A stretch of DNA of 20,000 nucleotides from Chiloscyllium plagiosum (Eukaryota), in NCBI RefSeq assembly GCF_004010195.1, contig NC_057749.1:22146983-22166982 (forward strand), in the 5' to 3' direction. The notes beneath the pieces are model-generated. The model saw nothing but the letters and a program-made list of their open reading frames with translations, was not told the origin of the DNA and made no database searches. The translations under genes were made by a program, and so were the position numbers. Position 1 is the stretch's first letter. Each line of letters opens with the position of its first letter. Shown here in pieces: positions 10,233-19,800 of this stretch.

Positions 10233-10680
10233 GACTACATTGGACAAGCAGGCAGAAAACTAGCCACCAGGATACATGAGCATCAACTAGCCACTAAAAA
10301 AGACCTGACCCACTCTTACTAGTATCTTTACATATGGATGAGGATGGACACCACTTCAACTAGGACAATACATCCATCCTGGGACAAACAGAGACACGCA
10401 CGAGAATTCTTAGACGCATGACATTCCAACCAGAACTCTATCAACAAACACACCGACCTGGATCTCATTTACCACCCCCTGAGAAAGAGAACAGGAAATG
10501 GCATCAATATAGAAAATGACACCACCACAGGACATGACATCACCGGCCTGAGGAAAGCCAAATATGTAAATAGAAAGCAGGCTACATCACCAGTGCTCCA
10601 TCTGGAGGCTCACTGAAGGTGTTACCTCATGAAACATCTGAAAATAAACCTTCCAGCTCAGCGAACAAACCCACATCCAT
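10233..10680 (+). mobile_element. Penelope-like element: GIY-YIG endonuclease remnant plus 3' terminus
   Basis: YIGQAGRKLATRIHEHQLATK ... LVSLHMDEDGHHFN*DNTSILG ... RHAREFLDA*HS..NSINKH. A decayed hammerhead CTGAAGG..GAAACATC lies at 10613-10638, followed by AATAAA. Confidence 0.85.
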
Positions 10681-10682
10681 GA

Positions 10683-10812
10683 TTATGATTTGGAGGTGCT
10701 GGTGTTGGACTTGGCTGGGCAATGTCAGAAGTCACACAACACCCAGGTTAAAGTGCAACAGGTTTATTTGAAATCATAAGCTTTAAGAGCACAGCCCCTT
10801 CATCAGGTGACT
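10683..10812 (-). mobile_element. Penelope-like terminal fragment (same group as 9445-9651)
   Basis: Minus strand CACCTGATGAAGGGGCTGTGCTCTTAAAGCTT...AATAAACCTGTTG; the hammerhead GAAA box is mutated. Confidence 0.7.
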
Positions 10813-10859
10813 TCAACAGCAATTTACAAACAGCAACAGGGTGAAAGCAGGAAACCCTT

Positions 10860-10980
10860 CAGCACAGAAACAGGCCCTTCGGCCCAACCAGTCCATGCCT
10901 AACATAATCCCAAAACTAAACTAGGCCCACCTGCCTGCTCCTGGCCCATAGCCCTCTAAACATTTCCTATTCATATACTT
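10860..10980 (-). mobile_element. CR1 3' tail fragment
   Basis: ACAGGCCCTTCGGCCCAACCAGTCCATGCC is the reverse complement of the CR1 tail. Confidence 0.8.
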
Positions 10981-11813
10981 TGGACAGGTTAGGAAAGTGG
11001 GCAAAGAAATGGCAGATGGAATACAAGGTGGGAAAGTCTGAGGTCATGCATTTTGGTAGGAAGAATAGAGTATGGGGAGCAACTTCAGAAATCTGAAGTG
11101 CAGAGAGAGTGTGGAGTTCTAGTCCAGGATTCTCTCAAGGTAAATTACAGGTTGCGTCAGTAGTTTAGAAGGCAAATGTAACGATGACATTATTTTTAGA
11201 GGACTTGAATATAAAAGCAGGGATGTACTTCTGAGGCTCTATCAGGCTCTGGTCAGACCACATTTGGAGGATTGTGCACAGTTTTGATCCCCATATCTCA
11301 GGGAGGATGTACTGGTCTTAGAGCATGTTCAGAGGAGGCTCGCGAGCATGGTGCCAGAATTGAAAAGCTTAACATATGAGGAACGTTTGAGGATTCCAGG
11401 TCTATACTCGATGGAGTTTAGAAGGATGAGGGGGGATATCATTGAAACTTACAGAAAACTGAATGGCCTGGAGAGAGTAAATGTTGGGAAGATGTTTCTA
11501 TTGGTAGAGGTGACTAGGACCTGAGGGCACAGCCTTAGGGTAAAGGGAAGATCTTTTAGAACGGAGATAAGGAGAAACTTCTTCAGCCAGAGTGTGGTGA
11601 ATCTATGGAATTCATTGCAACAGAAGGCTGTGGAGGCCAGATCATTAAGTATATTTAAGACTGAGATAGATAAGTTCATGATTGTCAAGGGAATCAAGGC
11701 TCATGGGGAGAAGGCGGGAGAATGGGATTGAGAAACTTATCAGCCATGATTGAATGGTGGAGCGGACCCGATGGGCTAAATGGCCTAATTTTGCTGCTCT
11801 GTGTTATGGTCTA
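10981..11813 (+). mobile_element. CR1 LINE 3' fragment (RT C-terminal half plus tail)
   Basis: DRLGKWAKKWQMEYKVGKSEVMHFGRKN, LYQALVRPHL, TYEERL and FFSQSVVNLWNSL motifs, with the tail GGGCTAAATGGCCT. Confidence 0.92.
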
Positions 11814-11947
11814 ATACACCGTAATATTCAGCAGGTCCTGGAGAAGATGGTATCATAAATCACCAAAATATTACAGAAGGTACAGATACTTTTGTAGCAC
11901 TTCGAAATTGCTTTTGATAAGTACTTCGATCTACAAATGAACAGAAT

Positions 11948-12179
11948 GTTTGCACATTCCCCCCGTGTTTGCGTGGGTTTTCTCCGGGTGCTCCAGTTTC
12001 CTCCGACAGTCCAAAGATGTGCAGGTCAGGTGAAATGGTCACGCTAAATTGTCCATAGTGTTAGGTATGTTAGTCAGGGGTAAATATAGGGGGGTGGGTT
12101 TCTCTTCGGAGGGTCGGGTGTGGACTTGTTGGGCCAAAGTGCCTGTTTCCACACTGTAGGAAATCTAATCTAATCTAAT
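11948..12179 (+). mobile_element. HE1/V-SINE-like SINE, 5'-truncated
   Basis: V-domain TTTGCACATTCCCCCGTGTTTGCGTGGGTTTTCTCCGGGTGCTCCAGTTTCCTCC, a CR1-type tail and an (AATCT)n end. Confidence 0.88.
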
Positions 12180-12344
12180 TCTTGAAGATTTAACAGAAGA
12201 ATGCAGCATCTGGGGGAATCCATGGATATTTGTATTAATGATCTCTCTGGGTAAGTGGAAAACTATGACTATGGAGCTTTGAAATCGGAATTCATAAGAG
12301 ACAGAATTGTTCAAAGAATTTGTGCTTCCATAAGTTCGATAGCC

Positions 12345-12660
12345 AACGGCGTTTCCCCATGGGAGGGGAATCTAATACTAAAGGATATAAGTTTAAGGGG
12401 AGAGGTACAAAATGGTCAATGGGGCAATTTGTTCACATGGAGGGGGTGAATATCTGGGAAGGGCTGCTACAGGCAGTGGTGAAGGTGAGTACAATTTTGC
12501 TGTTTAAGAAACATTAAGACCGGCACATGGATGGGATAGGTATGGAGGGACATGGACCAAACACAGGCAAGTGGAACTAGTTTAAATTGTGAAAACTGGG
12601 CAGCATAGACAGGTTGGGCAGAAGGACCTGTTTCCAGGCTATAAACCTCTATGACTCTAT
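12345..12660 (+). mobile_element. CR1 3' fragment inserted in gag
   Basis: FPMGGESNTKGYKFKGRG...WEGLLQAVV..FKKH, with the tail ending CTCTATGACTCTAT. Confidence 0.85.
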
Positions 12661-13170
12661 TGGTCTTCATCAGATTTCATTAAAGTCTCAGGAAAATTTA
12701 ACTTTGGAGAAAGCTACTTTAGTCACACTGAGAGCAGAAACTGAAAAAGTCTCACATATGGACGTCGAAAAACAAAATAAAACCATTTCTCACGGGAGCA
12801 ACACAAAACCTCTGCACTTAATGGGTACGGGCACTTAAAGGGGCATGATCATCTAACGCAGAGAGTAACCCAAGCAGCAGACATTAAGGATCTCTGTCAG
12901 CATTGTGAAACATCAAAACCTCACAGACACAGTCAATACCCAGCAATGATAAAAAAAAAGAATGCCAACTTATAAAATGGTAACTCACTTCCAGAAAGTA
13001 TGCAGAGGTAGTGCATAGTTACAGAGCAGCAGAAAGTTAAATGCTCACTTAGGCAAATAGAACCTCTTGCTATAATAATTATAGCCACATTAGACAATAC
13101 ATTTCCATTGGAAAAAATACCCAAAGCATTCATAGGGGAAACTGGAGATGCAAAAGATTCAGTTATTACA

Positions 13171-13292
13171 CAGTACCCAGTACCAGCAGTGTGCACCATC
13201 TACAGGATGCCCTTCAGAAATATTCACCAAGGCTCTAACAGCGCCTTACAAACCCCCAAAGTCTCTACCACATGGAAGCAAAATGACAGTAG
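13171..13292 (+). mobile_element. Short fragment of a second LINE family (same as 17545-17890)
   Basis: GTACCCAGTACCAGCAGTGTGCACCATCTACAGGATGCCCTTCAGAAA is nearly identical to 17752-17799. Confidence 0.7.
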
Positions 13293-13508
13293 ATACACTT
13301 TGTTTGTTGTTGGACATCCCATTAAATTTAAGCTGGAATCTGGGACCAGTGTCACTGCCCGATCTGAACAAGTATCATGGCTGAAGAAAAGGTCAGCAAT
13401 AGCGATCACCATTCAATCTTCTAAACTCCTGAGAATATGGGCATAACTTACTCTAACCAGTGGACAGGTCCCAGGGAACAATCCAATTCACAAGGTGTTG
13501 ACCATTGG

Positions 13509-16500
13509 TGTGTTTGCAGACCCTTGTGCTGAGCAGCAGGGTGTTTGTGTGGAGTGTGTACAGACCCTTGTGCTGAGCAGCAGGGTGTTTGTGTGGTGTG
13601 TGTACAGACCCTTGTGCTGAACAGCAGGGTGTTTGTGTGGAGTGTGTACAGACCCGTGTGCTGAGCAGCAGGGTGTGTGTTTGGAGTGTGTACAGACCCT
13701 TATGCTGAGCAGTAGGGTGTGTGTTTGGACTGTGTACAGACCCTTATGCTGAGCAGTAGGGTGTGTGTTTGGATGTGTGGTGTGTGTGCAGATCCTTGTG
13801 CTGAACAGCAGGGTGTGTGTTTGGAGTGTGTACAGACCCTTGTGCTGAGCAGCAGGGTGTTTGTGTGGTGTGTGTGCAGATCCTTGTGCTGAACAGCAGG
13901 GTGTGTGTTTGGAGTGTGTACAGACCCTTGTGCTGAGCAGCAGGGTGTTTGTGTGGTGTGTGTGCAGATCCTTGTGCTGAACAGCAGGGTGTGTGTTTGG
14001 AGTGTGTACAGACCCTTGTGCTGAGCAGCAGGGTGTTTGTGTGGTGTGTGTGCAGATCCTTGTGCTGAACAGCAGGGTGTGTGTTTGGAGTGTGTACAGA
14101 CCCTTGTGCTGAGCAGCAGGGTGTTTGTGTGGTGTGTGTGCAGATCCTTGTGCTGAACAGCAGGGTGTGTGTTTGGAGTGTGTACAGACCCTTGTGCTGA
14201 GCAGCAGGGTGTTTGTGTGGTGTGTGTGCAGATCCTTGTGCTGAACAGCAGGGTGTGTGTTTGGAGTGTGTACAGACCCTTGTGCTGAGCAGCAGGGTGT
14301 TTGTGTGGTGTGTGTGCAGATCCTTGTGCTGAACAGCAGGGTGTGTGTTTGGAGTGTGTACAGACCCTTGTGCTGAACAGCAGGGTGTGTGTTTGGAGTG
14401 TGTACAGACCCTTGTGCTGAGCAGCAGGGTGTTTGTGTGGTGTGTGTGCAGATCCTTGTGCTGAACAGCAGGGTGTGTGTTTGGAGTGTGTACAGACCCT
14501 TGTGCTGAGCAGCAGGGTGTTTGTGTGGTGTGTGTGCAGATCCTTGTGCTGAACAGCAGGGTGTGTGTTTGGAGTGTGTACAGACCCTTGTGCTGAGCAG
14601 CAGGGTGTTTGTGTGGTGTGTGTGCAGATCCTTGTGCTGAACAGCAGGGTGTGTGTTTGGAGTGTGTACAGACCCTTGTGCTGAGCAGCAGGGTGTTTGT
14701 GTGGTGTGTGTGCAGATCCTTGTGCTGAACAGCAGGGTGTGTGTTTGGAGTGTGTACAGACCCTTGTGCTGAGCAGCAGGGTGTTTGTGTGGTGTGTGTG
14801 CAGATCCTTGTGCTGAACAGCAGGGTGTGTGTTTGGAGTGTGTACAGACCCTTGTGCTGAGCAGCAGGGTGTTTGTGTGGTGTGTGTGCAGATCCTTGTG
14901 CTGAACAGCAGGGTGTGTGTTTGGAGTGTGTACAGACCCTTGTGCTGAGCAGCAGGGTGTTTGTGTGGTGTGTGTGCAGATCCTTGTGCTGAACAGCAGG
15001 GTGTGTGTTTGGAGTGTGTACAGACCCTTGTGCTGAACAGCAGGGTGTGTGTTTGGAGTGTGTACAGACCCTTGTGCTGAGCAGCAGGGTGTTTGTGTGG
15101 TGTGTGTGCAGATCCTTGTGCTGAACAGCAGGGTGTGTGTTTGGAGTGTGTACAGACCCTTGTGCTGAGCAGCAGGGTGTTTGTGTGGTGTGTGTGCAGA
15201 TCCTTGTGCTGAACAGCAGGGTGTGTGTTTGGAGTGTGTACAGACCCTTGTGCTGAGCAGCAGGGTGTTTGTGTGGTGTGTGTGCAGATCCTTGTGCTGA
15301 ACAGCAGGGTGTGTGTTTGGAGTGTGTACAGACCCTTGTGCTGAGCAGCAGGGTGTTTGTGTGGTGTGTGTGCAGATCCTTGTGCTGAACAGCAGGGTGT
15401 GTGTTTGGAGTGTGTACAGACCCTTGTGCTGAGCAGCAGGGTGTTTGTGTGGTGTGTGTGCAGATCCTTGTGCTGAACAGCAGGGTGTGTGTTTGGAGTG
15501 TGTACAGACCCTTGTGCTGAGCAGCAGGGTGTTTGTGTGGTGTGTGTGCAGATCCTTGTGCTGAACAGCAGGGTGTGTGTTTGGAGTGTGTACAGACCCT
15601 TGTGCTGAGCAGCAGGGTGTTTGTGTGGTGTGTGTGCAGATCCTTGTGCTGAACAGCAGGGTGTGTGTTTGGAGTGTGTACAGACCCTTGTGCTGAACAG
15701 CAGGGTGTGTGTTTGGAGTGTGTACAGACCCTTGTGCTGAGCAGCAGGGTGTTTGTGTGGTGTGTGTGCAGATCCTTGTGCTGAACAGCAGGGTGTGTGT
15801 TTTGAGTGTCTTCAGATCCTTGTGCTGAACAGCAGGGTGTGTGTTTTGAGTGTCTTCAGATCCTTGTGCTGAACAGCAGGGTGTGTGTTTTGAGTGTCTT
15901 CAGATCCTTGTGCTGAACAGCAGGGTGTGTGTTTTGAGTGTCTTCAGATCCTTGTGCTGAACAGCAGGGTGTGTGTTTTGAGTGTCTTCAGATCCTTGTG
16001 CTGAACAGCAGGGTGTGTGTTTTGAGTGTCTTCAGATCCTTGTGCTGAACAAGCAGGGTGTTGTGTGGAGTGTGTACAGACCCTTGTGCTGAACAGCCGG
16101 GTGTGTGTTTGGAGTGTATACAGATGCTTGTGCTGAACAGCAGGCTGTTTGTGTGGTGTGTGTGCAGACCCTTGTGCTGAGCAGCAGGGTGTTTGTGTGG
16201 AGTGTGTACAGACCCTTGTGCTGAACAGCAGGGTTGGTTTGTGGAGTGTGTACAGACCCTTGTGCTGAACAGCAGGGTGTTTGTGTGGAGTGTGTACAGA
16301 CCCTTGTGCTGAACAGCAGGGTGTGTGTTTGGATTGTGTACAGACCCTTGTGCTGAACAGCAGGGTGTTTGTGTGGAGTGTGTACAGACCCTTGTGCTGA
16401 ACAGCAGGGTGTTTGTGTGGTGTGTGTACAGACCCTTGTGCTGTGCAGCAGGGTGTTTGTGTGGTGTGTGTACTGACCCTTGTGCTGAACAGTAGGGTGT

Positions 16501-16615
16501 TTGGAGTGTGGACAGACCCTTCTGCTGAACAACAGGGTGTTTGGAGTGTCTACAGACCCTTGTGCTGAACAGCAGTGTGTTTGTGTGGAGTGTGTACAGA
16601 CCCTTGTGTTTGCAG
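13509..16615. repeat. 44-bp minisatellite array, about 70 copies, with dimeric (88-bp) and 660-bp higher-order structure
   Basis: Units GACCCTTGTGCTGAGCAGCAGGGTGTTTGTGTGGTGTGTGTGCA and GATCCTTGTGCTGAACAGCAGGGTGTGTGTTTGGAGTGTGTACA alternate. The 60-nt lines starting at 14341, 15001 and 15661 are identical. Confidence 0.97.
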
Positions 16616-16820
16616 TCTGCAGTTAACCATGGCATTGTCAGCTTGTGAAGTATTTGTTCCATGCCAGAATGCAGAGAATTTTCCATAATAACCTCGTGTT
16701 GAAGGAATAGGAGGACAAAATCCCAAGCCAAAAGATGAGGTGGCCTTTTGTCGCCCATTAACTGTGCATTTGCTGTATTCACAGCATTCCATGAGCTGGA
16801 ATACTCTCCACTGTTTGTAT

Positions 16821-17166
16821 GATGTGGATGTTCTGACGTTGGACTGGTCAGAACTTCTTTCAAGTCACACTCCCGAGATAATTTAAGGTTTTATAAAAAA
16901 TAGATCCCGAGACTTCTGAGTAATCCTTGGATTTACTTATTAATGAATCAAATCCTGCACCCCATTCTAAAAGATGAAAGACATAACAGCAATCTAGGTT
17001 TGTTCAATATATTGTATCAGAATATGACCTTGTGATCTTTCACTATAAATTCTGTGATCCTACTCCACTAGCTTCCTGAAGAAGGAGCAGCTATCCGAAA
17101 GCTTGTACTTCTAAATTAACCTGTTTGACTATAACCTGGTGTTGTGTGATCTTTAACTTTGTCCAC
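16821..17166 (+). mobile_element. Penelope-like terminal fragment with a short inverted 5' piece and a hammerhead motif (17076-17104)
   Basis: CTGAAGA A GGA gcagcta TCC GAAA GCTT, followed by the same tail as 9590-9651. Flanked by CCACTGTTTGTAT (16808-16820) and CCACTATTTGTAT (17163-17175). Confidence 0.72.
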
Positions 17167-17337
17167 TATTTGTATAGATTAGGTTCAGCTCTGTCTCCTT
17201 AGGACAATTAGCCAGCCAACAGGTCTTTATAAACATGCAGGAACCCAATACATCAAAACAAGGCAGAGATTATCGCAGACACTGTCAGCCAGAAGTGATA
17301 ACTGAGAACTGGAACAAAACTGCATAAGCTCTCAATC

Positions 17338-17427
17338 AGAAACAAAATCAGAAAGTGCTGGAAGAGCTCAGCATGTCTGGGAGAAATCAGAGCTAACGTT
17401 TCAGGTCGAGTGACCCATCCTGAGAAT
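17338..17427 (-). mobile_element. Penelope-like terminal fragment with a decayed hammerhead
   Basis: Minus strand CTCAGGA T GGGTC ACTC GACCT GAAAC GTT...GCTGAGCTCTTCCAGCACTTTCTGATTTTGTTT; the tail matches 6430-6472. Confidence 0.7.
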
Positions 17428-17544
17428 CGCCAAGTGGATGATCTATTTTGAGTGACTCCTGAGGCCCTCAGTAATAACAGATACCAGTCTTCAGCCAAAT
17501 CGACTCCCTCTATGTGAACAGGACCATGGTTCCAGATGCTGGAA

Positions 17545-17890
17545 AGTCTGGGGTACTTGGCTCACCTCATGACTCCCAAAGCCTGTTTACCATCTCCAAG
17601 GCACAAATCAGGAGCACACTGGAACACTCTCCACTTGGCTGATGGGTACAACGTCAGCAACTTTCAAGAGGATTATCACCATCCAGAGCACGGTGGCCCA
17701 TTTGAATGGCACTCCATCTGCCAACTTCAATATTCACTCCTTCCACCACTGGTACCCAGTGCCAGCAGTGTGTACCATCTACAAAATGCCCTTCAGAAAT
17801 TCAACCAAGTGTCCAGCAGCACCTTACAGACCTCTAATGCCTCTACCACCTGGATGCAAAATGGCAGCAGGTACATGGGAACACCACCCC
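17545..17890 (+). mobile_element. LINE ORF2 C-terminal fragment (CR1/L2-related family distinct from the other CR1s)
   Basis: HLMTP./SLFTISKAQIRSTLEHSPL ... TIQSTVAHLNG ... IHSFHH..V.AVCTIYKM (cf. LSTIYKAQVRS.MEY.PL.W). Confidence 0.7.
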
Positions 17891-18103
17891 TTGCAGTATT
17901 TGCTTTGATTCTAGTTATGAATGGCCTATCGTTTACACACACAGCCGCTCGGCCTAGTGAGGAATTAACTGTCAACTCCACCCTAGTCCTCTCTGTGGAG
18001 GATCAATGGAATTCCTGCCCCACATCCCACCTCAGGAGCTGTTGGATGCATTGTTAAGGGATTAGCAACCTGCAAACCCTTTCCCGCACGGAGTGGGAGA
18101 GCT

Positions 18104-18216
18104 TTGTGGGTTCTTGTGATAGTGTCCTCAGCTTTGAGCCAGGGGGCCTGAGTTCACCTGCTCCAGAGGTGCATTATTAATCTCAGAGCAGATCGATTCA
18201 GAAAAGATCCGAGACT
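18104..18216 (+). mobile_element. Short tRNA-derived SINE-like insertion with a 10-bp target-site duplication
   Basis: TGGGAGAGCT direct repeats at 18094-18103 and 18217-18226. Decayed A/B-box-like head (GTGATAGTGTCC...GAGTTCA). Confidence 0.55.
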
Positions 18217-18603
18217 GGGAGAGCTGTCTGCTTCATGAATCCCAGTCTGAGCTTCCACTTTAGTGAGCAAGTGTCATCATTATTCCAAGGGTCTGTACTC
18301 CTTCCTGTAAATACTTCCAGTTTATCGAACCTCCCTGTTTAGTCTCTTACATTGAATAGCTGCTGCAACATGAAAGTTGAAGGGGAGAGAATGAAGATAA
18401 AGATTGAAGATAAAGATTGATTTGTTTGTTACCAACTGAGTGAAGGGAGTGATTTGTTGGGTTTGTTGAAACAAATCAGAGAGTGTTCGCTCAGAATCCT
18501 TCCCCTGTGTAAACTCCCACGGTGAATCGTTTGGAGAGATGGCAATGGAAGTCATGATGAGCTTGTTAACGGCTCGTGAGGAGCCAATTACAGGATCCTG
18601 AGA

Positions 18604-18935
18604 ACTGAGTGATGTGGGGGTCTCTGTCTTCCTGAGAGGAGGATGAACGCCTAACACACACACACACTCTGTCACTCTTACACTTACACACACTCACTCA
18701 CACTCTCATACACACACTCACAGACATGCACTCTCTCACACACACTGAGTGATGTGGGGGTCTCCTAACACATACATACACACTCTCACTCTTACACACA
18801 CTCACTCACACTCTCATACACACACTCACAGACATGCATTCTCACACGCATAGAGACATGCACTCACTCACACACATTCAGATACGTACTCTTTCACTTA
18901 CAGATGCACACTCTCACTCACACACACACAATACA
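18604..18935. repeat. CA-rich tract with a local duplication of about 140 bp
   Basis: ACTGAGTGATGTGGGGGTCTC occurs at 18604 and 18744, each followed by similar CA-rich sequence. Confidence 0.85.
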
Positions 18936-18967
18936 TACTAATTCTTCATTCTGATGATAAAAGACTT

Positions 18968-19268
18968 ATAGAATAGAATCCCTACAATGTGGAAACAGGC
19001 CATTCAGCCCAACAAGTCCACACTGACACTCTGAACAATATCCTCCCAAACCAATTCCCTTACTTAATCCATCTAGCCTTCATTGCTGAACACAATGGGC
19101 AATTCACCCTGACCTGCACATCTTTGGATTGTGAGAGGAAACTGGAGCACCCAGAGGAAACCCACACTGACACGGGGAGAATGTCAAACTCCACACAGAC
19201 CCGAGGCTGGAGTTGAACCTGGGTCCCTGGCGCTGTGAGGCAGCAGTGCTGACCACAGAGCCACCATG
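18968..19268 (-). mobile_element. Near full-length HE1/V-SINE-like SINE
   Basis: tRNA head with A box TGGCTCTGTGG (19263-19253) and B box GGTTCAACTCC (19219-19209), V-domain GGGTTTCCTCTGGGTGCTCCAGTTTCCTC, and CR1-derived tail GGGCTGAATGGCCTGTTTCCACATTGTAGGGATTCTATTCTA. Confidence 0.9.
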
Positions 19269-19739
19269 TAACCCTAGGCTCCGATGCCAAGTATAAGGGA
19301 GCGACTGCATTATCTATGACCATAGATTGGAAGGTGCACTCCTGAACGGATTAGAAGGCAGGAGTGGCCAGCTGTACAACATCAAAGAAGCAAAGCTTTA
19401 GATGTCGGAGTCCGCGGGTGGAGTCTGTGAGGATCAGAGTCTCAGCAAGAATTCATGTCTGATGGTGTTAAGATCCTCAGGCACTGATATCCAGCACCCA
19501 CGCTGCTCCATTAGCCACAGTGAAAGTCACAGCAGGCCTCAGGCCTCTGCATTCAGACAGGCAGCAGGTAAGCAGTGCCTGTATTGCTGGGGTAAGGCTG
19601 CTCCAGTTGCTAACTCCAGTCTTGGTCCTGGCTTCGGGCAGACTGCGTCTTTCCCAAGAACATGGCCCTGTACAAAACGGCAAACCCATATCAGACAGAT
19701 AAGTTAACGTTCAATGACACACAATCATTGATTGTTTCT

Positions 19740-19800
19740 AATGCAGGAGAATGCCATTCAGCCCATTTGGCCCATGCTGGCTCAGTGCCAGAATTACATA
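19740..19800 (-). mobile_element. CR1-type 3' tail fragment
   Basis: GCCATTCAGCCCATTTGGCCCATGCTGGC is the reverse complement of the tail. Confidence 0.55.

Larger units (their letters stand above)
11814..13500 (+). mobile_element. gag: Ty3/Gypsy relic C: gag plus aspartic protease, split by SINE and CR1 inserts
   Basis: AFDKYF (FDKYF at 11913-11927) | SINE | RFNRRMQHLGESMDICINDLSG*VENYDYGALKSEFIRDRIV (12186-12311) | CR1 | LTLEKA (from 12698). Then a zinc-knuckle remnant CQHCETSKPH...HFQKVCR and the protease motif GHPIKFKLESGTSVT (13312-13356; cf. FKLD[ST]GA.VT). Confidence 0.85.
16616..19710 (+). mobile_element. pol: Ty3/Gypsy relic C continued: RT and RNase H in pieces between younger inserts
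   Basis: Collinear degraded motifs: PLFV/RLG (cf. LF.GLG), QPTGLY, QVDDLF (17431), VFSQIDS (17487; cf. VFSKLDA), AVCFMN (cf. VICHMDD), SLTLNSCC (cf. GLTLN.KC) and SDAKYKGATAL (19280; cf. ADAS..GLGAV). Confidence 0.6.

Noticed and set aside
13509..16615. CRISPR-like array
   Set aside because: Head-to-tail monomers with no unique spacers, no cas genes, and a eukaryotic context.
15988..16863. 291-aa and 166-aa minus-strand ORFs
   Set aside because: Mostly translation of the 44-bp minisatellite.
13290..18650. Further bornavirus-L-like peptides on the minus strand (DSSLNLMGCP, WLGILSSYSF, STWRFS, PTSLS, DLFQQ)
   Set aside because: They are antisense to clearer Gypsy protease and RT motifs (e.g. 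GHPIKFKLESG, VFSQID) and need arbitrary frame switching.
19200..19268. tRNA gene
   Set aside because: It is the tRNA-derived head of a SINE, continuous with the V-domain, and has no complete cloverleaf.
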